Positions 1 through 12,285 of a stretch of 64,000 nucleotides of DNA are shown in pieces. Position 1 is the first letter of the stretch, and each line of letters opens with the position of its first letter. The position numbers were made by a program, and so were the translations under genes. The DNA lies in the NCBI GenBank assembly GCA_973895155.1, contig OZ316899.1, positions 2,069,573-2,133,572 on the forward strand, given 5' to 3'. The notes under the pieces were generated by a model. It was not told the DNA's origin and did no database searches. It worked only from the letters and a program-made list of their open reading frames with translations. The stretch is from Marsupella aquatica (lineage: Eukaryota > Plantae > Marchantiophyta).

Positions 1-754
1 ATGGAGTTGACGCCATGGGCAACGGACGCTTGGGGGGGTCTGGGGACAACATGGATTCTTGAGGTTTGCGGATGTTAGCTCGCCCGCATGCCAAATCCTG
101 TTGAACAGCAGCCAAGCCGTGTTCAGTCTCCCAAGGGAGCTTGCATTGGGGAGGCAAGGGCAAGTAGGCATGGAGGTTGAGTTTAAAGGGTGCTTGGCCC
201 CTAGACCATAAGTGGGGCAAGAACCGGGAGTTGGTTGCTAGAGTCGGGGCCATTCTGGTCCCGCGCGTGTTGGGACAAGCTTGAAACAAGCTTTAGGACA
301 AGTTACGCTATTGGGCCATGAGCATGTCCTGGGGTCAGGGCGGTCAGTTGGTGATGGATAGGTACAAGGGGGAACCCGGGCTGCGCTCAAGGAAGGAGTT
401 GTTCTGGACGAATAGTGAGCGTGGGTTCTGGTTTCGGCTTATGGCATCGGGAGGACCTATTGCTAACCTATTTACCAATGTCTGTTGAGCTTGAGTTAGG
501 ATGCTAGACTTGGTGAGTTCTAGATCTTGAAGGGTTACTTACCAAGGCGCTTGGTTGCTTGTGCAGATAGTGAGGACCGTTGAGTAGCGGTCGTGTTGGA
601 GAGCAAGTGCGACTTCGTATGGGAGCGGCCACTGGTGGTGCAAGGGGCACTAGGTTGCTTGCTCAAGGTATTCCGTGGAGGCGTTTGGGCACCAGGGGCA
701 CTTAGGCGTGGGTGTTGGGATTGGTGAGGGCGCTGGGTGGCAAGGTCCACCACT
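1..754 (+). mobile_element. Family-A gypsy LTR, 3' part (cut by window start)
   Basis: Reverse complement of the repeats at 6661, 24381, 26178, 47191 and 49852. Ends ...GGTCCACCACT at 754 with no PBS after it, so it is a solo or 3' LTR. Confidence 0.9.
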
Positions 755-999
755 CCACTGCAGCTATTTGTGTCACTTACCTTTTGCTCGAATTTCCCCT
801 TTGTTGCTACTCTGGCTTTGCTGCTACTTTGGTTGTTGATCTTCACCCACCCACTTGCCTACTCAATCAAGTGTGTATAGCTTTGTCTCTGCGTCTGTTT
901 TTGCTCTCTTCGTCCCTCCCCTTGAAATTGTGGGCCTTAAAAAGTTCACTTGGCTTATGTAGTTTTTATGTCCCTCTGCTATGTTAATGCGCGCTTGAT

Positions 1000-3140
1000 T
1001 GCATTAGGGCGTCAATTGCCGTTTGCCTATAACCAGTCTGCTCATTCTCTGTCCACTCATCTGATGTAATTCTTCCCGTTGCCGCCCAATGTTGTGATTT
1101 TGTGCTTTGTCTGGAATGCTATGGTGCCCATGCTACAATTTGTGGTTTCTGTCTAAGCACAAATCCTCTTTGTGCCTAGTCTCTGTGTCCCGTCATTTGG
1201 ATTGATTGTGCGAACGTTTCCTCTTCTCCTGGCCCTTGTCATCCACCAGCCATAGCACATTGGATTGTTTTCAAAGGAGGGATGTGTAGTTCAAAGGGTT
1301 TGTAGTGCAAACAAATTTTCTGCTGCTGTTTGGACTAGGGGCAATGGAAAGCTGCTTCTAAAATTTGATAGATCACAAGAAAGGAGCTTTCTACATATTC
1401 TGGAACTCATGCTATCATTCCTAGGGTAATATGAATATACTGTCTCCCTTTGGGTGTCAAAAGGCTGCGATTTGTGCTTTATGTCTTGCTGGAGTTTTGT
1501 TGCTCTCTGTGCTTTGTTGTGCACATATATTGTTGTGTTAGCTTTGTTTGCTGTGATCGGTCTTACCTTGCTGAGTACTAGTTTTACACCCTGTGATCCA
1601 ACTTCATTCCCTACAAATAAATGGACACAACACTGTGATTGCCCCAGTGATTTTCTTTCTCTGTCCTTTGCATTCAGCTTGTGGGTCGGTTTTGTTATGA
1701 TTTGATTGGGTGATTGTTTTGGAGTTGTAGCCGTGGTCAAAAGCACGTCTATTAAAAAAAATTCATGGATCTCAGGTTGCCATTGTATATAAAGCGCGAC
1801 AGGATCCAGAACTGCCTGCAGTCCTAGCAAATCATACATGCTCACAGGATAGGAGTTCAAGAAGTCTTCACAGTTTATCTCATTTTTGTAGAATCTGAGA
1901 TGTTGCTGGCCTAAGAGACGAGTTTCCCTTAAGAGTCAAGGACGTCATCAGTGTCATCATCAGTGTGGGCCATGTAATACAGTTGACAATGGTGGCAAGT
2001 ATAATTTGTTAATGGGTCCAATGCCATGTTTGTGAGCTATTGAGTTGGATAGGAGAAAAAAACCAAAACATTGTCGCAACTGCTTCTAGAACAATCGTTC
2101 GTGGTTAGACTAAGCTCAGTTGAACACCCCTCGCTTGCATGGGGCGGACACAGTGCATAATAGTTTATCATCAAGTCATTGAATGGATCTTCAGTTTTCA
2201 TGATAAATGTCCCGGGTGTCCATCCTATGTCTAGATTTCAGAATTAGAACAAAACTACTCTTAAGAATACTGTACTTAGTGATTCTTCTTTTCCTGTGAA
2301 GACGTTGCCGCAAATGTTTCCTTGATTTCCTGTCATACCAGTGTTTCCCATGCCAATTTCAGCAACTGTTGACAAAGTTGGCACCGTAAGTTTAAATTTA
2401 TAGCTCTCATTACTTGAATCCAAAATTCAATGTAAAAATACATGAACTATTCGTTGGCTTAATTGCTATGTAGCATCTGACTTGATCTGATTTTGCTGCT
2501 GCCTGAAATTTGTATCTCTTGCCTGAGTCCCAGTTTGCTAGAGTTTTGTTGCGGTGCTTTGTTGTGCACATTGTTGTGTTTGCTTTGTTTGCTCTGATCG
2601 GTCTTAGCCTGCTGTGGACAAGGCAGGCAATGAAACTTGTCTGTCCATTTTAAAACTTGAGAGCCAATGCTTTGCTGAAACTCAAATGTTATTTGTTCAG
2701 TGTTGCCCTTACAGATTTTCTGCCTGCCTTGTCCACAGTGAGCACTGTTGGATAGCAAGCAAAGGGTGTGTGCTGCATTTTGATCTGGACAACCAAGTGT
2801 AGAGATTACTCTTTCTGAATGTTTAGTCTGTTTTGCCTTGAACTGGGCCATGGATGAATTGACCTTGTGAGCAGTTTTTTTCATTCCCATCTTCCTCAAG
2901 CTTTGTCTGCTTTCTACCACCCCCTTGTGGTGAGGCCTTTTCTTGAAAGATCCTTATTGTGAACACAGTCTGTACTTTGAATATGAAGTTTGACTGAGTT
3001 TCTGTTTACCGAAAGAATGTGACTGTGTAAGAGTTCCGTAAGGCTAAATATGAATAGTTCTAGAAGTATGTGTATGAACCAAGTGTAGAGTTGACTCGTT
3101 CTGAATATTGTAGTCTCTTTTGCCTTCAATTGGGCCATCG
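1000..3140. repeat. Degenerate dispersed repeat with internal duplications; inverted partner at ~11030-11980
   Basis: About 1490-1570 is repeated at about 2550-2620. The block at 2760-3140 (GCTGCATTTTGATCTGGACAACCAAGTGTAGAG...) is the reverse complement of about 11330-11900. Boundaries are approximate. Confidence 0.6.
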
Positions 3141-4883
3141 AGTACTACTATTGTATTCACCCCAATGAGCAATGCTTCTCCCTTCAATCAAGTAAACCTA
3201 CAGTTTGGTAGGGCCAAGGCCATGTGATTATGTACTTGCTCTATAAATTTCTGAAGATATAAGCATCTTTTGTTACACCAGGCAACTTGGGAGTTGCTAA
3301 GTGTCACTTGCATTCGAGGGGCTACATCGGGGGCATCAGTGGAGGTTCACTTGCACAACATGATAGCCAATGAATTTTCTCTCTGTTGCAACCTGCAAGG
3401 TGAGACTTTCGGTCTTTTTGGATGAAAAATGGGATCCAAATATGATTTAAATACATGTCCATCAAGAACATGGGTTTATCAGCAAGCTCTTTGTCTTAGG
3501 AAACTCAACATCAAATATGTACTATGCACGTTTCATGCTATGTGTATACTATGACCTGTAGTTGGAACCAAGACAGTGAGTGGGAATTGATAAGTTTAGG
3601 TTGGTTCCTGTTGGCAAGGCAAGTCGACCTCCTGCTTGCCTTGCTCGTCAAAGGACGTCAACAGAGGACATCACAACAAAAGCAACACTTATGGGGAGGA
3701 CCTGCAACACTGAACATGTGCAGCTTGCACACAAGGCAGAGATGTTGCACCTTGAGTATGTCAAACTTGGGATCCTTCCAACCTAGTTTGCATGGTACTT
3801 TGAGTACCCCGTTGTTGCCAAGAACAACTACAGCCGGCCTCTACCTGCTTCAATACCCTTCCTGATATCCTTGGTATTTGTGTCTCTTGTACATGACCCG
3901 CCACAAATTAGGTGCCAAGGGTGTGTGTACAGTTGCCAATATGACTGTCCTGCCTGTAGGGCTTCTAGCCCAAAGTTGGATGACCGTTCTCTTGGATGTC
4001 AATATTTGCACAGAGCACAATGTATCATCTGGAACCACTCGCCATCCTGCAATGTGCCTGGTGATGTCACTTGTCCTGCCCTCCCAGACCCCACCACCGA
4101 TGCAATTTATGTCTACACATGTTTGGATCACACGCTCTAGAGGACCACTTGTCACACCGCATGCACAGACCAGAGACCATTGACCTATAACTTAACACTC
4201 TGACTTCAACATAGAGGATATTTACTTTAAAATTTTGATGTATGGGAAACTTTGGGTCCAGGGTTTAGGGTCAACAGTACATAACTTATCCTATTATGGT
4301 TGCACTAAGCATAATATCCTAATTTAAGAGGCTAGCAAGCTCACTTAAAAGTCTCTATTCAAAGATTGCTTTCATGACTCCTTTAACTTGGTGAACATTG
4401 CAACGTTCAATGAATTAATGGGCCATGTGATAACCTGAAAAAAGTGATTTATGCCTGACTTATTTGTCTCATTCACTATCATAGCCTGTTTAGAATGTAT
4501 AAATTACAACCCTTCTCACACTGCTTGATACCAATCCTGTTCAAAAAATGCCCGTTTTACATGTCATGACTATTGTATGTGATTCAAATGCATGAAATGC
4601 TTTTGCAGATCCCCTCTGGTGAGTCATAGCCACAAAATTGAGGTGTTGGTGGAGCAATTGTACTAGGGGATCAGTTTTGTGTGTGGGCTCAACAAACCAA
4701 AAGTATGTCTGCTCTGCATCCTTGTGTGACCATTTCAATTTATTGTAGTAGCAAATGCCTTTGTACCTTAAATGCTAAATTTTACTTTCTGTGCAGTCTG
4801 CTAAAATGTATTGTCTGTACAGTTTGCTAAAATGTATTGCCTATACAATCTACTTAATTGTACAGTCTGTCTCATGCATAGGC

Positions 4884-5505
4884 ATGGCACGCCCCAAAAT
4901 TCAAGCAAAAAAGTGTGTGACAGAGGTGAGCAACACACGTGTACCTGGGCCAGATGTTACTAACTACTCTGCAAGTCAAATTTTCCAGAAGGCAGCTCAT
5001 TGTTGTGCCATTTGTGACGGCTCTTGCACGAGGCATTTCCACCTCAACCCGGAGTCTAACCTTGCTGCAGAAAACAATTGTCCAAGGGTGGGTCTCCTAT
5101 CAACACACCAGGGAGACTAGATGTGCACTAATTGTTTGGAGAAGCAGGCTAAGTGTGCACAGTGTGGGAAGTTGGGGTCCTATGAGGGCTTTGTTGATGC
5201 TGCACCAGATGTTAGGAAATGCCCATACCGTTTTTGTGTGAGGTTTTTTTGTTTTGAGTGTTTGCTTGTTCATGCCACAACTTGCCCACTGGTGAGCATG
5301 ATGATGAGTACTAGGCTGACATAGTCCACTATGCTAGGTGCCCCACTATGTGGCACTATCATGTCAAGCAGAGGGTTATGCTTGTGACAGAGAAATCTAT
5401 GATCACTCTACACATGGTGTTGATCGATGGATATTTTATTGTCATCGCCATGCCGTAGATCCTACTTTGCACACTCCTATCAGAGATCACATTTCTTGGC
5501 TTTGA
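4884..5505 (+). pseudogene. EDM2-like atypical PHD-finger gene fragment
   Basis: Reads CAICDGSCTRHFH...CPRVG...*MCTNCLEKQAKCAQCGKLGS...VRKCPYRFCVRFFCFEC...CPL, then ARCPTMWH..SC and DRWIFYCHRHAVDPTLHTPIRDHISW. This follows the Cys/His spacing and the 'IYC..H.ID..L.TP.RDH' tail I recall from plant EDM2. In-frame TAG at 5118-5120 and at least one frameshift near 5355. Confidence 0.7.
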
Positions 5506-6660
5506 ACCTGAATTTGGGAAAAAACAGTGCACCTGATGTGGATGTACTCCTTGGAGATTGCAGACATTCCAATTTTGAGAAGAAGGGCCTGTGTAGGAGA
5601 GGATGCTTAGGCAACAATTATCCTAACTTCCTTACTTTTTCCTGGGTACATGCCTTAAAAAACTCCCCTCAAGCCTTCTAGGAACTTTTTTAACTCTACA
5701 ATCATTTGATAACGACTTACATGACACTGCTTAAATTAAATCAGGACTTCTCCTTATGAGCATATAAGTTACAAGGCTATTTAATTTGTGAGAATTCCCT
5801 TAAAGTGTACCAACATTTTGTATTAAGATTGAATGTCTGCCCATTTACAACATCTGTATGTGGCATCACAAAACAATTGCACTTGTTGTCACCTTCACCA
5901 TTGTGAAGTCACATATTCAAACTATGAGGTGCATCCTTGCAGGTGTCTAGTACGTTTGTCCCATTATTTCTCCCATTTGGAATTGGACCAGAGACTCACG
6001 ATAGGAGGGGACTGGACCAACTTAAATAGGCAGCATTTTAGGGACCCTTCAATTATCAGGTGAACGCATTATCTTCTAGTCTGTAGTGATTAGGTGGGGT
6101 GTGTGTACATGGCCTCTAGGAAACGTACAAAGGTTGACCACCCACCTCCGTTGGCTGGAATCAAAGCCATTTCGATTCCTGGCCATTATGGGTTCACCCA
6201 AGTGAGTTGGCCAATCGTACAAAAATGATTCTCAGGGTTCCATGGGACTGAAGTCAAGGACATCACTCCACAGACTACACATGTTGTTGTAGGGACATGG
6301 CTAGATGTGATGAACAAGTGGTCATGGTCCTTTGCCAAAGCCCAGGCACTCGCCCAACCCAGGCATACCATGACCCAGGTGTATGGTTCAACCTTGGCTT
6401 CTATGGCACCCATCCTCCTCGGGAACAGCCAAACGCCGCCTCGGCCTCACTCAAACCGCTCCCCACCACCAGTCGCACCGCCCGCTCGGGCACAATCCAT
6501 GGTAAATGCGGTGAACATAAGCTCGGAGGACGAGGAGGTTCATCCACCCCTTGTTTGGAGTCCGCCAGGGACGCACCAACATGGGACAGGTAACACATTG
6601 CCGTCCTCACAAGCCCAAACCTGAGAGGCGGCTTTGATGGACAACACAGTGATGGTTGTG

Positions 6661-8147
6661 AATGGTGGACCTTGCCACCCAACGCCCTCACCAATCCCAG
6701 CACCCACGCCTAAGTGCCCCTGGTGCCCCTGGTGCCCAAATGCCTCCATGGAATACCTTGAGCAAGCACCCTAGTGCCCCTTGCACCACCAGCGGCCCCT
6801 CCCATACAAAGCCGCACTTGCTCACCTACACGACCGCTACTCAACAGTCCTCACTGTCTGCACAAGCAATCAAGAACCTTGGTAAGTAACCCTTCAGGAT
6901 CTAGAACTTGCCAAGTCTAGCATCCTAACTCAAGCTCAACAGACATTGGTAAACAGGTCAGCGGTAGGTCCTCCCAATGCCATAAGTCGGAACCAGAACC
7001 CACGCCCACTGTTTGTCCAGAATAGCTCCTTCCATGGGCGTAGCCCAGGTTCCCCCTCGTACCTATCCATCACCAACTGACCGCCCTAACCTCAAGACAT
7101 GCTCATGGCCCAAATAGCATAGCTTGTCCTAAAGCTTGTCCCAACATGCCACGACTAGAATGGCCCCGCCTCTACCAACCAACTCCCGATTTGCCTCACT
7201 GACCGTCTAGGGACCAAGCACTCTTGGAACCCAACTTCACACCTACTTGGCCTTGCCTCCCCAACGCAAGCTCCCTTGGGAGACTGAACGCGGCTTGGCT
7301 GCTATTCGGCAGGATTTGGCAAGCGGGCGAGTTAACACCCATAAACCCTGAGAACCCATGATTCCCCAAGACCCAGATGAGCTCAGGAGGGTGTATCCCT
7401 CCTTGAGAGATTTCCAACGCACCCAAGAAGTCCTCCAACGGACTTCCCATTGGGAAGATATCGCCGTTTCCGTTTGGCGGTTTCCCTTAGAGTCGCGACC
7501 GCCGCGACTCACGACTTTGGCTCGCCCTTAGCCCCCAAGGAGACACCATTCTCCTCATATATGCTTCTGGAGACCTGCCACCTTGGACCAGCTTTGGTCT
7601 CTAAACATTTGGCCTCCAACCTGAAACCTATCGCGCATAACGGGCACGCCATCAATTGGCAACGCCCATAACTCTCTCGTTAGGCATCCGCATGCAGAGT
7701 GCTTAGCCCATTGTGATCGGGGTGACCCAGTGCTCATGCCTAGGTCCTCAGGTCTCATCTCGCTCGGGGCCCCTGATTGGCCCAACCCGAATCGGGCCAT
7801 AACTTGCGCCCCAAGCTCCGTTGCCCATGGCGTCAACTCTGTGGGCCTTGGGCCCAAGAGGAGCTCACACCGACTCTCATAACTCAAAGTCCATCTAGAG
7901 GTCTGGACGGGCGTCCTTGAGCCCGGCCCATTTCCCCTTGACCCGACCAGCTCTCAGCTAGCCCAAGTCCTTAGTGTGTGTCACCAGCTTGGCTCCTTGC
8001 CTTCGCTAGCGCCACGTCTCGTCGCTCACAAGTCTCCCCATGCTAAGTCCTCCCCGGATGGCCTATCCGGGCCTAGACCGTAAGGGAGCTTGGCATCAAA
8101 GTCAGAGACGCCGGAGCTAAGTATTAAGGTAGTTGAGTTCCGCGACT
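6661..8147 (-). mobile_element. Family-A solo LTR (1487 bp) with 5-bp TSD
   Basis: Flanks are TTGTG / TTGCG and ends are AAT(AGT)GGTGG...CGCGACT. It splits the family-B ORF between ...DNTVMVV and APAPVLTAVALP. Confidence 0.9.
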
Positions 8148-10055
8148 TTGCGGCACCGGCACCAGTTCTAACGGCGGTAGCACTACCCCTGCCGGATAGG
8201 GAAGATGGGGAGATGTCCCCTTCTACAAGCCACCCCGGGAACCAATCTCGAGGTAGGAAGAGGAAGGACCCAACTGCAGTATCCGGCTTACCCGTGGCCA
8301 TCGTTGCAGTAGCCAAGTTGACCATGCATCGCATGGGGGAGAATGTCCACAAGAACATCAGGCTTCACCCAAAGCATGTTGCTTACCTGAAGACCCAAGG
8401 GTTTGAACACCTTGCCACCCTCCCTTGGAACACCCGCAGGTACTACGGGCAAGATATGACAGAGTTTATCCAGAACTTTGACGAGGCCTGCCAACAAACC
8501 CGTGCGCACAGACGGGTAATGTCCCTGAATGAAGAGCGACTAAAGCTCATCTTTGGCCTACCCGAGGGACCAAACGGGGTGGAATCACAAGCCCCAAGGG
8601 GCAAAGGAGCGAAGTACCAATCATCTAGCTTCCTGACCAAGTCCATGGAGACAACGGCTTCCTGATAAAGACATGCCTCATTTCAGAGATTGCGAAGTAG
8701 CCGGAGTTCCAGAGGTACGCCCTCCACATGATGGAGCTGCGGGGCGAGATATCCGCCGCCCAGGTGATCCAAGTCAAGAACTACCGGCCTAGGAAGTGGG
8801 CTTCTTTCTTCATCAAGAAGTTCCACAAGGAGATGGAACAACAAAGGAAGACCTTGTACCTTGGGGGAAAGGCATACCTTGCAAGCTACATCGAGATCAT
8901 CATTGAGTGGTACGCCCGGTTTGACCAACTAACCCTCCCAAGGTGCAACAAGCCCAAACTCACCCTGCCCAGGTGGGTCTTCCCTGCTCAGGAGAGGCAG
9001 CCACAACCCGAGAGCCGCAGTCCAACACCAGTGGTGTCCACCCGGGCCCCACAAATATCTATTGAGGCACCTTCTTTTGTGCCAGACTTGGCGGTTATTA
9101 CAACCCTGGTTGCCCAAAACCAGGCCCATGCAGTCACAGCCGATCGGGTTGAAGCTGGCCCCAAACCCGAGGCTGTAATCCCGAAGGAAGCCATAGTACC
9201 CTCCACGCCTGTGCAAGTGGATCCCCTTGTTGGACACCCCTCCCACTCTACCCTTACTACCCCGGGGCTGGACGTAACAACCCCGGCCTCTGCCCGGGTA
9301 GAGGTTTGTCCCTGCCCTAACTTGACTGGGCAGAGCCTGGTGAACCCGAAACTCTTTGCACCGGGCATGTATTTGAATGGGTTGCTAGGCAACTTCTCCC
9401 AACAAATTAGTTGGGAAATGGGGGGGTTCATGGCCCGCAAGGTGGCTTACTTTTCAGGCAAGAGCTGGTGGCGGCAATAAAGGCAGGGCAGGCTCAAGCG
9501 GAAGCCACAACCAAGATTGAGCAATATCGGGCGGTGGCAACCCAACTATTAGATGAAGCCTCAACTCAAGAGACCGAGCTGCAACTTCTTTGGCCTCAGC
9601 TTACAACCGCTTTGGCTCAGGTCACCGACGCCAAAGCCAAGTTAGCCTTGGCCATACAAGCCAAAGCCGAAAAGGACGTTGAAATCTCATGGCTCTGGGC
9701 CCAGATTGACGGCTTGAAAGGACAAGCCGTAATGTGGCAGAAGGACGTAGAGGAGGCTGACGCTTGGGCCCAAAGGGATATAGCCAAGGTGGATGCCCTG
9801 AAATTGGAAGTGGCACGGCTTCTACAGGATGCTGCTAAACAGGACCAACTGGTGGCACAACTGACAAGCGATGGCCAGCAGTTGGAAGAGGCGTGCCAGG
9901 ATGCCGTGGAGGAGATGGACATGGTGAAACGAGAGAATGAGTCTCTCCTGGACCAAGTCCAGATCCTCAAGCAGGACGCCAACCGGTTGAGGAGGCAATG
10001 GGATGGCCGCTCCAAGACCCCCTCGGGCGGGTTTGGCAAATGTGCCAGACATTAG
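8148..10055 (+). pseudogene. Family-B accessory protein (plant-transposon/PMD-like domain plus C-terminal coiled coil), fragmented; its N-terminal Pro-rich part lies at 6424-6660
   Basis: ORFs 8090-8665, 8728-9480 and 9411-10055 align with the 54649-52329 ORFs (YLKTQGFEHLA.LPW, YYGQDMTEFIQNFD, IFGLPEG, YRPRKWASFF). Confidence 0.75.
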
Positions 10056-11029
10056 TAGCAAGTTTAGAATAGCATAGGTTTAGCTACGGAAACTGGACAC
10101 TGTAGACAAACACCAAAACTAGTTAGCAGCGCTGTCAAGCCTCTTTTAGTATAGAATCTTAGGATAGAACCAAGCCGTTTTACGGCCTGGCATTTAGCTG
10201 AAATTAGAATAGACTAGATTTTAGCATGTGACTGTTTCAGGCCACGACTCTTAGTGGGTATTTAGTGCACCCTTGGTAGAGGCAGGGGGACTTTAGGTTT
10301 AGAACCGAGTATCCATGGATGTGCGGGGAGTCCCGACCTTAGTGAATGAAAAAGTACCATGGAGGGAGGGTACGATTAAGCTTGTCGGGCGGGTGCGGAG
10401 CCGGGCTCCGTTGTAGTGTACACCTTCCTGCCGTTGGGCCTATTTATTCCCAAAGAAGTCGAGTCAACTGTGTATGTGTGTATGATGGATTTCTAATTAA
10501 AAGTCTTTCCCCCATCATTTCCTTCGTGTAAACCAAGATTGTATGTTGTGGAATCTGTTATGGTCATAAATCTCGTATACGGGTATAGAACGTTTGGCCA
10601 AACATTGTACAAGCTGCGCACGGGGTGACGGCTATGGATAGTGGTTGCGAGCCTGGGTTAGACACCCATATCATTGGATCTGGATCAAAGGCGGATAACG
10701 CAAAAGCTTAGAAGTCCTTAAGCTAGGGTTGATCCAGTCATCAACTTAAGGTACATTCCGGCGGCGGAACACAAAACATACTTGTGATGTGTGTAGAATT
10801 AGAATCGGACGCGGTTAGCATCTAGTTACGGGAATAAGTACCGTTTGCACATCCCTCCTTGCCCAAAACCTCAATATTTACAAAGCTTATGGCCACCTAA
10901 GCCAAAATCCACGTAAGGGCGTCTCTTTTGGTGTGATAGAAACACTCCTAATCAACTTGCTTACAAACTACAATATCTAGAAAGAGTGAAAGTCTCACCA
11001 TGCAGTGAGCAGCAAAGAGGTAGTTCACT

Positions 11030-11980
11030 GGATGTCTTGATGTGCAATTAAACCTCCGCTATTGCTTAATTCCAGTGTATGCTGCTCAAAAGAAGACATC
11101 TTAGCAGCAGAAAATTCAGAATAGGATTCAAAATAGAGCTTGCAAGCGGGCTTGCAAGAGTGAATGAGCAGGAGTGTAGGCAGACTGGCACGAAACTCGT
11201 CGATAAAATAGAAGGAAACTAAAGAGTGGATGCAAAATGAAGCAAATTGCAGCACAGGTCGGCACAGGAAGTGGCCAGTAGCACTCAGTCAAACTTCATA
11301 ATCAAAGTACAAACTGTGTTCACAATAAGGATCTTTCAAGAAAAGGCCCCACCACAAGGGGGTGGCAGAAAGCAGACAAGCACACATACTTCTGGAACCA
11401 TTCAGATTTGGCCTTGCCATTTTGTTGCCAGTAAAGGTTCTAAGTCAACTTTTATTTATCACAATATTAAGGATCTTTCAAGAAAGGCTCCATCACAAAC
11501 AAGGCTAGAAAATGTGATTCCCCCATAGCGTAGGTAAACATTGTAACTGTCTAAAAGCAAACAAGGCTTCAGGAAGATGGGAATGAAAAAAACTGCCTCC
11601 AAGCTCAATTCATCCATGGCCCACTTCAAGGCAAAACAAACTACAACATTCATAAAAAGAGTCAACTCTACACTTGGTTGTCCAGATCAAAATGCAGCAC
11701 ACATACTTCTGGAACTATTTAGATTTAGCCTTGCCATTTTGTTGCCAGTAAAGGTTCTAAGTCAGGTTTTATTTATCACAATATTAAGGACCTTTCAAGA
11801 AAGGCCCCACCACAAACAAGGCTACAAATTGTGATTCCCCCATAGCTGAAGGTAAACACTATGACTCTCTGAAAGCAGACAAGGCTTTAGGAAGATGGGA
11901 ACAAGATTCAAAATAGAGCTTGCAAGTGGGCTTGCAAGAGTGAAATGAGCGAGAGTGTAGACAGACTGGCATTCCATTTG
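11030..11980. repeat. Inverted partner of the 1000-3140 repeat, with a ~320-bp tandem duplication
   Basis: ACACATACTTCTGGAAC...GTGATTCCCCCATAGC occurs at about 11380 and about 11700. GATTCAAAATAGAGCTTGCAAG occurs at about 11125 and about 11905. Confidence 0.65.
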
Positions 11981-12285
11981 CTCAACTATATTGTGCATAG
12001 GTTGATAGCAGTGATACAATCAGCAATGTGAAGGAACATTGTCTCCTCATGAACAGTGTTTGATATTTACTGGAAAGCAACTTTTGGATGACCAAAATCT
12101 TGTCAACTACAACTCCCACTATATAGCGCAAGCTCACATCAACAGAGAAAGATACAAAATGCATACTTACTATGGCTCTTTGACTACCTTGTTGAACAGA
12201 GAGAAGGCTGGCAGCCCAAGCCGATAGTCTTTCGTAGGGGATAGAGTAAGATCAACTGAACTGATACCCAAATTCAGACACTACT

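Larger units (their letters stand above)
6420..10938 (+). mobile_element. Family-B ORF-containing LTR-like unit, 5'-truncated diverged copy, interrupted by a family-A solo LTR
   Basis: Colinear with the reverse complement of 51434-54420, including the terminus (GGTGTGATA at 10938 vs GGCGTGACA). Confidence 0.8.

Noticed and set aside
535-987. Recurrent short ORFs in family-A LTRs (MVDLATQRPHQ..., MLGLVRALGGK...)
   Set aside because: Lengths and frames vary between copies and both strands are open, so the recurrence reflects repeated DNA rather than coding constraint.
3524-4183. Cys-rich ORF remnants
   Set aside because: No recognisable domain and overlapping short frames, so I cannot assign them.
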